Assembly (NCBI RefSeq): GCF_964355755.1
Contig: NC_092671.1
Coordinates: 20,150,001-20,214,000, forward strand
Origin: Antedon mediterranea
Lineage: Eukaryota > Animalia > Echinodermata
DNA length: 64,000 bases
Direction: 5' to 3'
Within the stretch, counting starts at the first letter, position 1. Every line of letters begins with the position of its first letter. Positions 1 to 11,615 of this stretch are shown here, in pieces. The position numbers were made by a program, and so were the translations under genes. The notes under the pieces were generated by a model, which had not been told where the DNA came from, did no database searches, and saw only the letters and a list, made by a program, of their open reading frames with translations.

Positions 1-229
1 GTTTATATCTAGCAGCAGATACATCCTCCTCTGACTTTGGATCGAAAGTTACATAAAGCTGTGCATCATCAACATATGTGATATGCTATACCTGATACCG
101 TCTAATGATATCTGCTACAGGTTAAGCACAGAAAGTAAAGATCGATGGCCCTACTATAATAACTATCAAACCAACAAGAATACAGTTGATCACTTTTTTT
201 TTTTAGTTTTATATTGCCACAGTACTCGC

Positions 230-440
230 ACAAGCAACTTACATATTTTTCTTATGCTAATAAATCAACATGTCTTTTTACTGTGCTATCAGTTTTAAAT
301 TTTATATAAAAGATTGATATTAAAGTCACCAGTTTATAAATATGAAACTTTTCCATTATCACATGTTTTTCATAATAATTGTTAATTCTGTTATGAAGGT
401 AATCGCATTGATTGCGCCAGGCTTATATAAGGCTAAATAT
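230..440 (-). mobile_element. LINE AP-endonuclease fragment (CR1/L2 group), degenerate
   Basis: Minus-strand translation DNGKVSYL*TGDFNINLL (GDFN motif of APE domains), with stops and frameshifts. Confidence 0.6.
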
Positions 441-2889
441 TGCAGGGTCAGGTTTGGAAAGGATGTGGTTTTGCTTCAATGAAAATCGATTCAGTCTAAC
501 AGACTGGATAGATCATCGCAACCCTTCCATTGATCTTCCGATTCTATCTTTATGGAGTAAAGTATAATTTGGTGAGAGATTATGTGAGTCAAGCACTATT
601 TTTTTTATTTACATTTTGTTCACATCTATACTAGGCTTTCTAGTGATTTTCATTTCTATTTTGTTCACAAATTCTATTTTTACTTGCATGAACCCACCAA
701 TCTCATCTGCTTGTTTAGCATTAACCATGTCCTCAAGAGTTCTCCTGAACCCTGTGGAAGGATACAAGGGTATTTGTATTCCTTATTGCAGAAGATTGGA
801 CTCTTTGAACCTCCCTACCATGACGATGACAACATGATCATGCTTCTCCTTTGTTTTTAGCCTCTTCAAACTCGCTATGAATGCCAGAAAAGTGGTTTGT
901 GTGTACCCAACACGCATGACAGATGGGTTTCGGAAGCATCCTTTGTTTAAACCTTTTGATAACTTGGCCAGACTTATGAGTGTAAATTCTATTCCTGACC
1001 ACTCATGGTCTGAAGATAAGTGTATTGCATGGTTGCAATACACTGTAAAATTTGATTATGTTATTTTTAAACACCAGATTATCCTGTCGTTGCATCAACT
1101 GAACATACATCCTTGTTCCCTTTTTACAGGATAAACACAAGGTGATAGACAGAGATAGATTAACAAGATTGTGATTAAACATAGCCTTTTTCTTGTACAG
1201 TCCTTTATATGAATTACTTCTAAAACAAACTTTGTAATTGCTGCAGATGTAAGGAAATTGAACTGAATTGCATATACGCATCAGGATGTGCTCAGCAGTA
1301 TTGCTGCCTGAATAAACTAGCCATAGCCATCCGCCATTATTATTTGCTCCAATGATCACTCCTATTAGATCGTGACAATTTAGATTGGAGAATTTATATG
1401 AGTTGTCTTCAAAGTGTGAAAGTCTAATATGATGACAGCAGGAGATTGACTTCTGCATAGGCACTCCATTAGAGTAGTAAATATAGTGCTGTATTTATTT
1501 GGGTCAAACTAAATTAAGATTTCCTCAGCCTGGTATATTGACTTCAATAATGACTTTGAATGCATCAAATTTATGCATCAATAATTCGTCCAAAGAAACA
1601 GCAAAACCATGAATAATCTATAGTTCTTTGGGATGCAAGATTCTCTTCAAAGATGTTATCAGATACTGGTAATGTGTTCAAGGTCAATCACTGTATTTTT
1701 TTTTAATTGTAAAAAAGCAATAAATGCACAAAGGTTCACATCTTTTGTATTGATTTTGTTTGATATAGCAGATGCATTTATATTAAATTAAATGGAATAT
1801 GATATTATATATATCTTCATTAGTTTTCATAATAGCATATGCTTACATAAATATTTACTGCTGTTTCCCATTCGTTTAATATAAAGTAAAGTATTTCCCG
1901 TGCAATCAAAATGTAATTTATTTTGGCAAAATATAGGCAATCATCATTCCAATAAAAAAGAACCATATTATAGGCTTGTGGGTATAACTGAATTTGATGT
2001 CAATTATATCCCATCCAAGCAAATTACATACAGTGGCTGGATTGGCCTATCCATGGTTACAATTGCAATGTACTTGATCAGTGATTTCTCAATTAAAGTT
2101 CTTTCAATATGTTGTACCTGATGTTTATCTGACATAGTTTTCTCAACAATTCTAAAATTGTTGCAAACAACAGCCTATTGATTTTAGTGGCTTGTATTTC
2201 ACCTTTTTTTTTAAAGAGTATATCTCAAGCATGTAATCCTTGCCTTTCTCAATAGTGTTTCATCTTCAACAATTTGAAAAAAAGTAATTTGCTTTGAGGC
2301 TTCACAGTCGACACGCATAGTTAGCACTAAACACTTCAGAATAACCTAGCATCTCATATCCTATGTATGATTTGTTAAAAACAAGAATCCCGTGCCTTTC
2401 CATATCAATCAGGTCCTTTCTAACACAAAAAGTATGCTAGCAATTCCATAATTTGTGACCTTTGATCTCTAAACTAATGCATACTGTATGACTGATATAA
2501 AAAACAACCAAATTGTTTACTTCACTTTTAGAGCCTAGAGAATTCTAGGTTTCAGAATCATCAGAATTTAGGAAGATTGGATTACGAGTATATTTTCTTT
2601 TTTGTTGTTTGGAATTTAACTACTATACACAAGTACAAAATGAAAAAAGACAACATTTTGCAAAAACACTGTTGTTAGTTACAATCTGGCCATACATCAC
2701 CTCGGTGTTGTTAAGGGTATGTGTTTTACTTTGACATTGACTGTGGTCTCCTTTCTTGTTTCCCTGAATCTGAATATTGTTATCATAGGTATGTAAAAAT
2801 TTGTGTCTGCTGTCAGGCATTCTATAAACCATGATGTTTATTTTGGTAACAGTTTTTGTCACAGTTTGATGTGTGGTTTAATTGAATAG

Positions 2890-3680
2890 TGTGACCAGAT
2901 ACCTTTCTTGAATTTCTCAAAACCTCTTATATCGTAAGCCCACACAAATCAATACCTAGATTTCAACTCTCTCATCACCCACTTGAAGATTTTCAACACA
3001 ATAATAGATGATGCGAGAACATATTAACAGAAGAAGATGAAAAAGAAACAAGAAAGGAAAACCGCAGACAAGCTCTTAATATTTGGGCGTTTGATTGTGT
3101 TTATTTTCGAGTCATAGTGCATGACGAAATAAAATAATGGAATTGAATTATAGCAAGGGAAAAATCAAAACATCTATATCTCTATATCAAAACATCTCTA
3201 AACAAAAGAACCAAATGAGAAGAGTATATATCAGTGGGGATCCCATATGCAAGAAATGGCTGAAGAATTAAAAGAACACTTAGAATGTGGAACATTAAAA
3301 CTTATTTCAAACCACAAAATCAGGCTTTGTATATCCAAGAGAAAAAGAAACATGTGACTGTGTCTACAAGGTTTCCTGTCTTAACTACAAGGTGAAAAGA
3401 ATCATGGAACACCAATATGATGTACTAAGGAACACAACATGCATAAAGACCAGAACAATGAAGAAATCTGAATCCAAAGTCTCATTAATCGGCTATTACA
3501 CACCATGCTATTTAATTAAACCACAACAAACTGGTACACTTAAATCCTACAAAAAGAAACCTTATTTAAAAATAAAGTCAGAGAATCAATTAGAAATCAG
3601 AAAATCACAATCAGACAGAATGAACATGAATCACGGTAGACATAACCTTTTACATAATTATCTATGATGACATTATTCAG
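2890..3680 (+). mobile_element. Penelope-like element relic (RT thumb to GIY-YIG endonuclease)
   Basis: Frameshifted motifs LYRKPT..QYLDFNS.HHPL, YFKPQN, VYKVSC and a C-terminal E.IEIRK...MN-like segment typical of Penelope/Poseidon proteins. Confidence 0.7.
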
Positions 3681-4239
3681 ACAAAGGGAAACAAGAGGGG
3701 AGACTAATGTTAATGTCGCAGTAAAACACTATGCGAGGTGACAGCAACAAAAACAGTGTACTTAAGTTAAAATCTATCATACAAACAAAATATACTATAT
3801 TATACATTATTACTAATCCAAACGGAATAATCAGTTTTTAGGCATGTTAAAGTGACTGCCATCTTGATATGTTTCTAAACATTTCTGGAAGCCGGCACAT
3901 AAATAATTGCCCATAACTCCTAATATGCATGTACTGAAAAGTATCATTTTTAATGTTATGACATGCCTTAGTTGAGGTACAGTGCATGTACATAGTAGTA
4001 GTATTGATTGTTTTGTTTGTGTCTTTAGGTTTTCAGGTTAAAGAAGTCCTCAACATTTTGAACTAGAAAGCCACTCTGAGAGTAAATTCTCCTACATAAG
4101 ATTTTTCCGGTAAAAAAATAAATCCAAAGGCAAATTACTGAAAAAAATGACAATGCTGTGGGTATCAGTGGCTGGATCTCAATGGAGATACAAAAAAAAA
4201 GCGAAAAGCTAAATCAAAACAATAAAGTAAACAGCCAGA

Positions 4240-4290
4240 AAAGTTAGCAGAGCTTTCGGGCAACACTAGCCCTTCATCATCATCTAATTC
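4240..4290 (-). ncRNA. Degenerate minimal (Penelope-type) hammerhead ribozyme
   Basis: Minus strand reads (A)UGAUGA-A-GGGC-UAGUGUU-GCCC-GAAA-GC-UC: stem II GGGC/GCCC, GAAA box, palindromic AGCU stem III, UC cleavage site. The conserved C of CUGAUGA is replaced by A. Confidence 0.5.
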
Positions 4291-5575
4291 ACTAGCCCGG
4301 TAAAAAAAATATATATGTATATTTGTGTGTGTCTTAATGCTTTTTGTGATTTAGGCTAATTTCACTACAAGCATGTGTATGCGAGTTTGGTGTAATGGTT
4401 ATGTAACAAGCCTATCAATTAACAATAGATTCAGTTGACTAACAAGAACAGCAACTCGAAAATCAAACGGGTGAATTTGAAAAGAAATAGATTTTTTAAA
4501 CTGCTCGCATCAACAAACGTGCACATTAAGTCAAATTATGTTTTAAAATTACAAATCACAAATTATAACTTTTGCCTCTTGTACAAAAATGAAGTTTTTT
4601 GGACAAGTAGTTCTTGAAAAAATGCAATTTCAGTTTACTTGTTACTTTAAGACTGCTCGCCGGCTTTTGAAAAATTCTGTCCTATCTTTTAACACTAGCA
4701 GGTCTGAAAAGTATACAGTACTCAAAAAAGTGGTCCAGAATTGGGACCATGGTCCCAAATGGTCCCAACATTTAATGGAATGGTCCTTGACAACATATCT
4801 ATCTGTATATTTATTTTGGTAAAGATCTTCCTGCTAACAAACAAACAAACACACGCTACTGATTACATATCCCAGGTAAAAATTCCAGTTGAAGACCAGT
4901 TGGGAAATTTCCCAGTTGGGAATTTTCCCTGTTGTGAATTGAGACAATTACCAGTTGTGAATTTCCCAGTTGTGAATTTTCCAACTGGTCTGATAATCCC
5001 AGTTGTAAATTTTACCAGTTGTAAATTTCTCAACTGGTCTGATAATCCCAGTTGTGAATTTTCCAACTTGTACATTTTTCCCAGTTGAGAATTTTCCCAA
5101 CTGGTAAATTTCAGTACAAAAACAAATTACACAAACTACAGAACTTATTGTTTAACTGTTTATTTTATTAACTTTAATATTTACAATTACAGTAGTTACT
5201 TTCAATTCTGCAGTACTGTAGTTAATTACCCCACAAAGGTCTTAACGACCTGCATAACCCCTACATCTACACAAATGTCAGCATATCCCTGCCGTTTCCT
5301 TTTTACAGGTCCATGAAAATGGAGATTTATTCAGTAATATATTTATGAAGTTATGGCCACCTTCTTTATTTAGTCATGTTGACAAAATTAGTCCTGAAAG
5401 AGAAAAACCAAAACAAATTGATTAAATAAACAATATACTGGTAGTACAAGGAATAAATCAAATTCAAATCTCAAGTATCAATTTATATACTGTTTTACTG
5501 AAAAAGGAAGATGGAATCATATATTAATCAATTTATTATTTAATGATTATCCAAATTATGTTCTCTACAAGCAAT

Positions 5576-6418
5576 AGAGAGAAATGGCGAACCGCGATGA
5601 CGTCACTCAAATTTCACCGAGTGGGTATAGATTGTAAACAAACCATTTCGCCACATGTTTTTGTATGGGAAATTCCGATGGGTGGAGTTAAAAAGGAAGG
5701 TAGAAAAGAACGTTTAAAACACACATAATAGCAGTATCTTTTTTTTTTGCAACACCCTTATCAATTTTAATGTTATATGGGCAAATCTTAACATATTTTA
5801 TTTTAATTTGGATTGAATTAAGACGCGTTTTTGTTATATACTGTACCCAGCTCTAGGCCCTAGATAGTTGGCATGTATGCTGTAGTACCTCGAGCCTAGC
5901 ACGGATTATCGGTTATTATAATAATAATATTGGAAATTCTTTATTGCATACTGTACTACTACTACTTTAGCTAGGGTGCTGCTAGGCGTCTCCTAGCTAG
6001 GTAGTAAGACTAAATAGAGCCTCTCTAGTAGATGTAGGACTAGCATTAGTTTCAGCTTGACAACTGCCATTTTGTTATGTGGCTAGTGATGCTTCCTGCA
6101 GGGGGGCTACCGCCAGTAATGATGCTTGATAACACCATTCTACTATAATACTATAGGCCAAGTCTAATGTAGACCTACAGATATGAGATATTTTTAGGAA
6201 TATGATTGTGAATGATGGATGACTTTTATACATATTTCATTGTTTTATTGTGTAAATACACAAATACAACAAGAATTATGAGCGTTACAGCAACAACATT
6301 GGTTAGACAACGCCATGATTCACGTGTATAAACATAGGAAATGTGTCGCCCTCAACGGTTTGTTATGATTTTATACCCACTCGGATTTTAGACGTGCGTC
6401 GGTTCGCCATTTCTCTCT
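5576..6418. mobile_element. MITE (ISL2EU/Harbinger-group-like) nested in the CACTA-like element
   Basis: TIR AGAGAGAAATGGCGAACCG / CGGTTCGCCATTTCTCTCT with AT on both sides (2-bp TSD). Confidence 0.7.
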
Positions 6419-7904
6419 ATTGAAGATGAGTATCATTTCACTTTAGTTTGTCCCTTTTATTCAGATATTAGAACTAAATATATTTTCATTTTATACAAAT
6501 AACCCCTCTAAATTAAAATATATTTATCTTATGTCTACTACAAATATCTCATTACTAAGCTTGGAAAATATATATATTTTTTTCATTTTAACGTAGAACA
6601 GAATTCTTAAACGCACTCTAATGTTATTGATTGAATTGTTACATTGTATATTATTTGGGCCAAAAGCCATATAAATAACTATTTTTTTGGATCATTCCAA
6701 GAAAGAAAGTATACAATACATAAATATATTTACCCTTCAAATTGTACTGCTGTACTTTTTTGGTTGGTTTATAGCCTTGTTTGTTGTATTCAAGTAAACT
6801 GTAAATCACCTGCAATTGTGTATGAAAAAAATTGAAGGAAAATTAAGAAATATAGGATATTTAGTTTAAGGAAACGGAGACAGACTAAAACAGCATGGAT
6901 TAGTTTGCTTTATTATTAGATTAGTAGGCTAGCCTAGGCTTAGGATATGTTAAATAGCAGCCATGCATGTCATCACGACACTAGCTAGAGTAGTGATAAT
7001 ACAACATGCAGAACAGTAGTACTACTGTAGCTAGTTTGGGCCTACAACTACTAGAGGCCTAGCCTAGTAGGCCAAAATAACAAAAGTGATCATGAATGGA
7101 TGAATGGAAATAAATCTCGTTTGTGTGGTAATGACATGTAGGCTAATAATAGGTTAATAATATAGTATTGTTGGGCTTTGTTTCTAGCCTACTATAGGCT
7201 AGTACTATGTAGAGGCCAATAAGACAATTTGCGGTCGTACACAGCCATGTAATCAATCAGCTAGCAAGGTGGGGCAAGCCAAGGCTGAAGCGCCTAGCTT
7301 ACTAGCCAGCATGCAGCGAGCGGCGAGGCCTCCATTTTGTTGTCGATCTTTGATCATAGTTTGTAGGCCTATGCCTATAGTAATAAGAGATAATAATAGA
7401 CATATATGTCAGGCCTACCTTTTATAAAACAGCAACATTTGTGCCTCATCCTTAATTTGATGCGATTAGCCAATAATACCCATTCTAGACCTGGCATCTC
7501 TGTGCTGCGTGATCGCCGATTTTGCCGCCGAGCTACACTGGCACAAAAACAAAGGGAGCCGTTTTTGGCTGTTGGCTTGCAGTTTTCTGATTGGTTGTTT
7601 ACGGTCTGCCGGCCTATACGACGCATGCTCCATTATTTTCAAAAAGTTGTGCAGTATTTCTTATTCTTTACTCGATTTTATTTGATTTAATTTAAATAAT
7701 TGTTTGTTGCAATAATATAGGATTACAAATAATAATATTAATTGTATTTTGAATGGTAATTACGGACCATGCTTCTATTCCCGTCACCTCAACCCAGAAC
7801 ACCCCCCCCCCCCACCTCTCCCCTGGGTCCTCTCCCGTACTCCCACGACGTACACCCAGCCATCCGCTTTCGCTCTTCTCCGAATTCCCTTGGTTGTTAG
7901 GAAA

Positions 7905-8325
7905 AAAACTAGTTGCAAAACCAATTGAAACAACCTTGCCCGGTTGAAAAACCGATTGGACCAGTTGACTAGTTGAACTCAGTTGAGCTTTGGGAATACC
8001 AGTTGGCCAGTTGGAAAAACCAGTTGACCTGTTGAAAAACCAGTTGACCAGTTTGAAAAACCAGTTGACCAGTTTGAAAAACCAGTTGACCAGTTGAAAA
8101 ACCAGTTGACCAGTTTGAAAAACCAGTTGACCAGTTGAAAAACCAGTTGACCAGTTGAAAAACCAGTTGACCAGTGGAAAAACCAGTTGACCAGTTGGAA
8201 AAACCAGTTAGACCAGTTGAAAAACCAGTTGACCAGTTGTTAAAACCAGTTGAACCAGTTGGAAACCAGTTAGACCAGTTGAAGACCAGTTGGACCAGTT
8301 GAAATTTCCAACTGTTCTCAACTGG
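7905..8325. repeat. Subterminal tandem array, about 20-21 bp unit (GACCAGTTGAAAAACCAGTT)
   Basis: Directly visible tandem repeat. It explains the spurious ORF 7969-8376. Confidence 0.9.
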
Positions 8326-9176
8326 AATTTTTACCTGGGATACCTCCTTGGCGGAGGTAAATGACAGTTTGAACACTACTACTGGTAGGCTACTACTAGT
8401 AGTAATTCAGAAGGTGCACAGAGATAATAGGGCATCTGAATTTTTCTATTTGTATATGATTTGTCATGTAGTGATGGTTTGGCCTTTTTAAAATTATGTC
8501 ATCTATTTTTTCCTGATCTGGCCTGATTTAGAGAGCAAGAATGCATTTCAACCTACTGTAATAGACAGTTTAGTTTTATGTCCTTTGTTTCCTGCCACAC
8601 GACCATATTAGATCTTTGTTTACGTTTTATCGATTATAACAGCTAGTAAACTGTTTTATGTATTTTTTTCCATACTGTTGGAAAATTAAAATGCTTCGAA
8701 CTTCTCAAATGCAAGGTTTCACTTCAAACAGAGGATTGTTTTGTGAAAATCAAATTCTGCAGCTAAAGGGGATTTGTACTGAAAAATTTATTGTGTTGGT
8801 ATCCCTAATATTATTTCAGTATCTGTTATCACAAATGTGAATGCAGGAACGCAATTACCAAAAGGATTTAAAAATCTGTGATACTCATTGTAATGGATTT
8901 TTAAAAAAAATTACCATCACATTACAACTATATCATTCCCTCTTTAAATTTGTTACAGAAGATTCATCCCCTTTTTTTGTTACTAAGAATATTCATGTCT
9001 TTGAAATTACAATTGGGCACTAAATAGCTTGGGCTTTTTCAATGGAGGTGGCTCCATATCTATCTCACGCTGCATTCGGTTGGTTGTCAATCATTCACTC
9101 CATCCGCCATGGAGAAAGTGTGTATATATTTTTGCAACAAACCTGTTTGGTGGGTCTTATTGACCCATCAAAGTAA

Positions 9177-9620
9177 AGACATTTCAATAACTCTGAGTTT
9201 GTCCCAAAGCAAGACTACCATTGTTGCTTCAGACAGCAGATGGATATAATTGATTCTCATGTGAGATAAAAAGAGCAAGGTTTTTGTCTCTTCCCTGCTT
9301 TGTAATTTTGTTTGCATTGAGGCTTTCTTGATATCACAAGTCATTTTTGTTCTTTGGTTAATTGGCCTTTGTCTTTGTACTTCTTTCTTAAATGTATTGT
9401 GATGTGACTATCCTAGTTTGTTGTTAAATGGTCGTAATAACAGATTCTTTGCGCAATATTTGGTGTTCAAAGTCAGCAGCTCTGGGCAGTCATCTTCAAA
9501 TGGATTTAAATCCTCTGATATCATCAATGAGACTCTTTAGAATGCTAGAAAGGCTGCTCATGGTGATGGAAATTTACATTAGGATAACCCTCTTCAAATT
9601 CTGTTAAAAATTGCGTCTGT
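9177..9620 (-). mobile_element. Degenerate transposase-like fragment, probably Academ (XPG/CXC type)
   Basis: Minus-strand motifs FLTEFEEGYPNVNFHHHEQ, NPFEDDCPELLTLNTK, SHENQLYP and SELLKCL, in the order seen in invertebrate CXC-domain/Academ-type transposases. Many disablements. Confidence 0.5.
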
Positions 9621-9884
9621 TCTGGCCCACTGTTTCAATATTCAAACTTATACAAACTTGTAAACTAATATTATGAATTAATTTTGTCCCAACAGGATAA
9701 CTCAGTTTTTCCCCTTTCCTTGTATTCCTCATTTGTTCCTGACCTGAAATAGAAAAGTTTCAATAAGGATACATTTGTAAAGTAGGACTAGATCAACTTT
9801 CGTATGCACTTTGAAGTCCAGAGAATTTAACTTAAGAAATTTGATTTGTTAATTTGCCTAATGCCAATCATGCGTTTGGTTTCT

Positions 9885-10125
9885 AATTATTGTGTTGAAG
9901 AAACAACCTCGGTACTCTTTCACTTTCACCTGAAGTAGAGGTCAGAAGGAATTGCTTCTAAAATTCAGAGTATGTGTCTCGAGACAACTCTCAAGCATCC
10001 GCCTCCATCTTCACCTACAAACTGAATCTTGATCTGTGAACAGATAATCCTTAGGTCTTTAAACGCCGTAAGTTTTTGGACAATCATAGGTCTATGAATC
10101 TTGATTACTTCTGCCCCTTCTATTG
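9885..10125 (-). pseudogene. HECT-domain (G2E3-like) N-lobe fragment, probably transposon-borne
   Basis: IKIHRPMIVQKLTAFKD...IKIQFVGEDG/ADA*ELSRDTYSEF*KQFL..SGESERVP resembles the HECT motif F.GE.G.D.GG..R+.+..FW. One frameshift and stop codons. Confidence 0.55.
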
Positions 10126-10813
10126 GTGTCATTTTTGGTGAACAAGGTTCTTCATCTTCTTCTTTATAAGCATAAATCGACTATCATAATAAATAATGAT
10201 TTGTTTAAGGCTTTGTTGATTAATTTGACAAACTTTATATCCGGATCCGTTGATGGGATATTTACAGCAATCAAAAAATCTTGTTTGTCCGATATTGTTT
10301 TTATGGTTTTCATAGAAAATGAGAGGAAAATGCCTATATTTTAACATAGGACGATTTTGTGAGTTCATCTCACTTTTATTTCAATTCTTTGTTACTAGAG
10401 GATTTGCTCGCATTGTTCTTGGAAAAATGGCCAACGCCTCTGGAAACTAAGGCCCGGGTTTTACCTAATGCATGCATGTGAGATTTAACCTATACTGAAA
10501 ATAATTCTGGTAATGCGAAATGTATGCCAATTTAATGATTGATTATGAAATGATATATAGACACGTGACAGCAATTGGTGGTCTTAAGAACATAAAGAGA
10601 AAAAAGACAATCAATAGAATTGATAATTTGTAAACGAAATGTATATTCATTTGGTTAAACTCCTGTAATGATGTAAACACTTTACCAACAATTGGTGCCA
10701 GTCATAAGAACTTAATTAGATGCAAATAATTGTTAAAAAACAGTATACATGAAACCTATAATATATACATATGTATATATTTTTTAACGTTACAAAACTG
10801 CCATCAATAGGGG

Positions 10814-11430
10814 TCATTGAAATAGTCTCTAAAGTGACCGTACCAAGGGTGACACTAGTGAGTGGTGCTTTCAACATTTGTATCACAATATCATGACAAC
10901 AGGGTCTTGTTAATTTTGGAACAAAATGATCAAATAACAACTTTCGTACATATATATCGGTCGTATTAGATCGAAACAATTTATAAACTAGAGGGTACTC
11001 CGAGAGTATAAACCTCCGCCTACTGTAAAATTCCCCTACATAAAATGTCCCCGGAAAATATATATATATTAAAAAATTTTTTTTTTTATTAGTTTTAAGT
11101 GTATAGGCTAACTGCACACTATTCATTGAAACAGTCTCTAAAGTGACCGTACCAAGGGTGACACTAGTGAGTGGTGCTTTCAACATTTGTATCACAATAT
11201 CATGACAACAGGGTCTTGTTAATTTTGGAACAAAATGATCAAATAACAACTTTCGTACATTTATATCGGTCGTATTAGATCGAAACAATTTATAAACTAG
11301 AGGGTACTCCGAGAGTATAAACCTCCGCCTACTGTAAAATTCCCCTAAATAAAATGTCCCCGGAATATATATATATATTAAAAAAAATTTTTTTTTATTA
11401 GTTTTAAGTGTATAGGCTAACTGCACACTA
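10814..11430. repeat. 309-bp tandem duplication (10814-11121, 11123-11430)
   Basis: Two near-identical copies. The 309-bp period keeps the frame, which produces the duplicated 236-aa ORF in the track. Confidence 0.9.
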
Positions 11431-11443
11431 CAAAGTTGTGGAT

Positions 11444-11518
11444 GAGAGTTTGATGTAATGGTTATGTATCCAGCCTCTCACAGTTGTCGCTGGTTCAAGT
11501 CCCGCTGAGGTTTTTTTT
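11444..11518 (+). other. tRNA-derived (Pol III) head, SINE-like; not a functional tRNA
   Basis: A-box-like TGATGTAATGG (11451-11461), B-box GGTTCAAGTCC (11492-11502), T8 run. A related A-box segment occurs at 4381-4418. Confidence 0.5.
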
Positions 11519-11615
11519 AAAATTATTTTGGTGGACCTGGATCTTTGACCCTGACCCTTCAAAATTAACCACAATTATATGATGAGTCATCGATCATTGT
11601 GGCTAAGTTTGGTTA

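Larger units (their letters stand above)
4871..8339. mobile_element. Non-autonomous CACTA/EnSpm (CMC)-like DNA transposon
   Basis: 22-bp TIR CCCAGGTAAAAATTCCAGTTGA / TCAACTGGAATTTTTACCTGGG, 2-bp AT TSD, dense subterminal CCAGTTG repeats at both ends, no coding capacity. Confidence 0.8.
4062..8360. mobile_element. Non-autonomous Helentron/pearl-Tsp-like repeat, split by a CACTA-like insertion at 4871-8339
   Basis: ACAA microsatellite (about 4836-4850) followed by GATTACATAT. Removing the insertion rejoins this to the terminal hairpin ACCTCC-TTGGC-GGAGGT (8342-8358). Left boundary approximate. Confidence 0.45.

Noticed and set aside
640-2620. Possible Academ-like (HPDAYMQF) and EnSpm-like (GYSEVFSANYACR) transposase relics on the minus strand
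   Set aside because: Only isolated short motifs in heavily degraded sequence; not enough to call without a profile search, and excluded from the strand count.
7969-8376. 135-aa repetitive ORF
   Set aside because: It is the translation of a stop-free minisatellite.
10716-11426. 236-aa ORF as a real gene
   Set aside because: Its length comes from a 309-bp duplication that includes low-complexity A/T and TA runs; no recognisable domain.
11444-11512. Functional tRNA gene
   Set aside because: No complete acceptor or anticodon stems; only A/B boxes remain.
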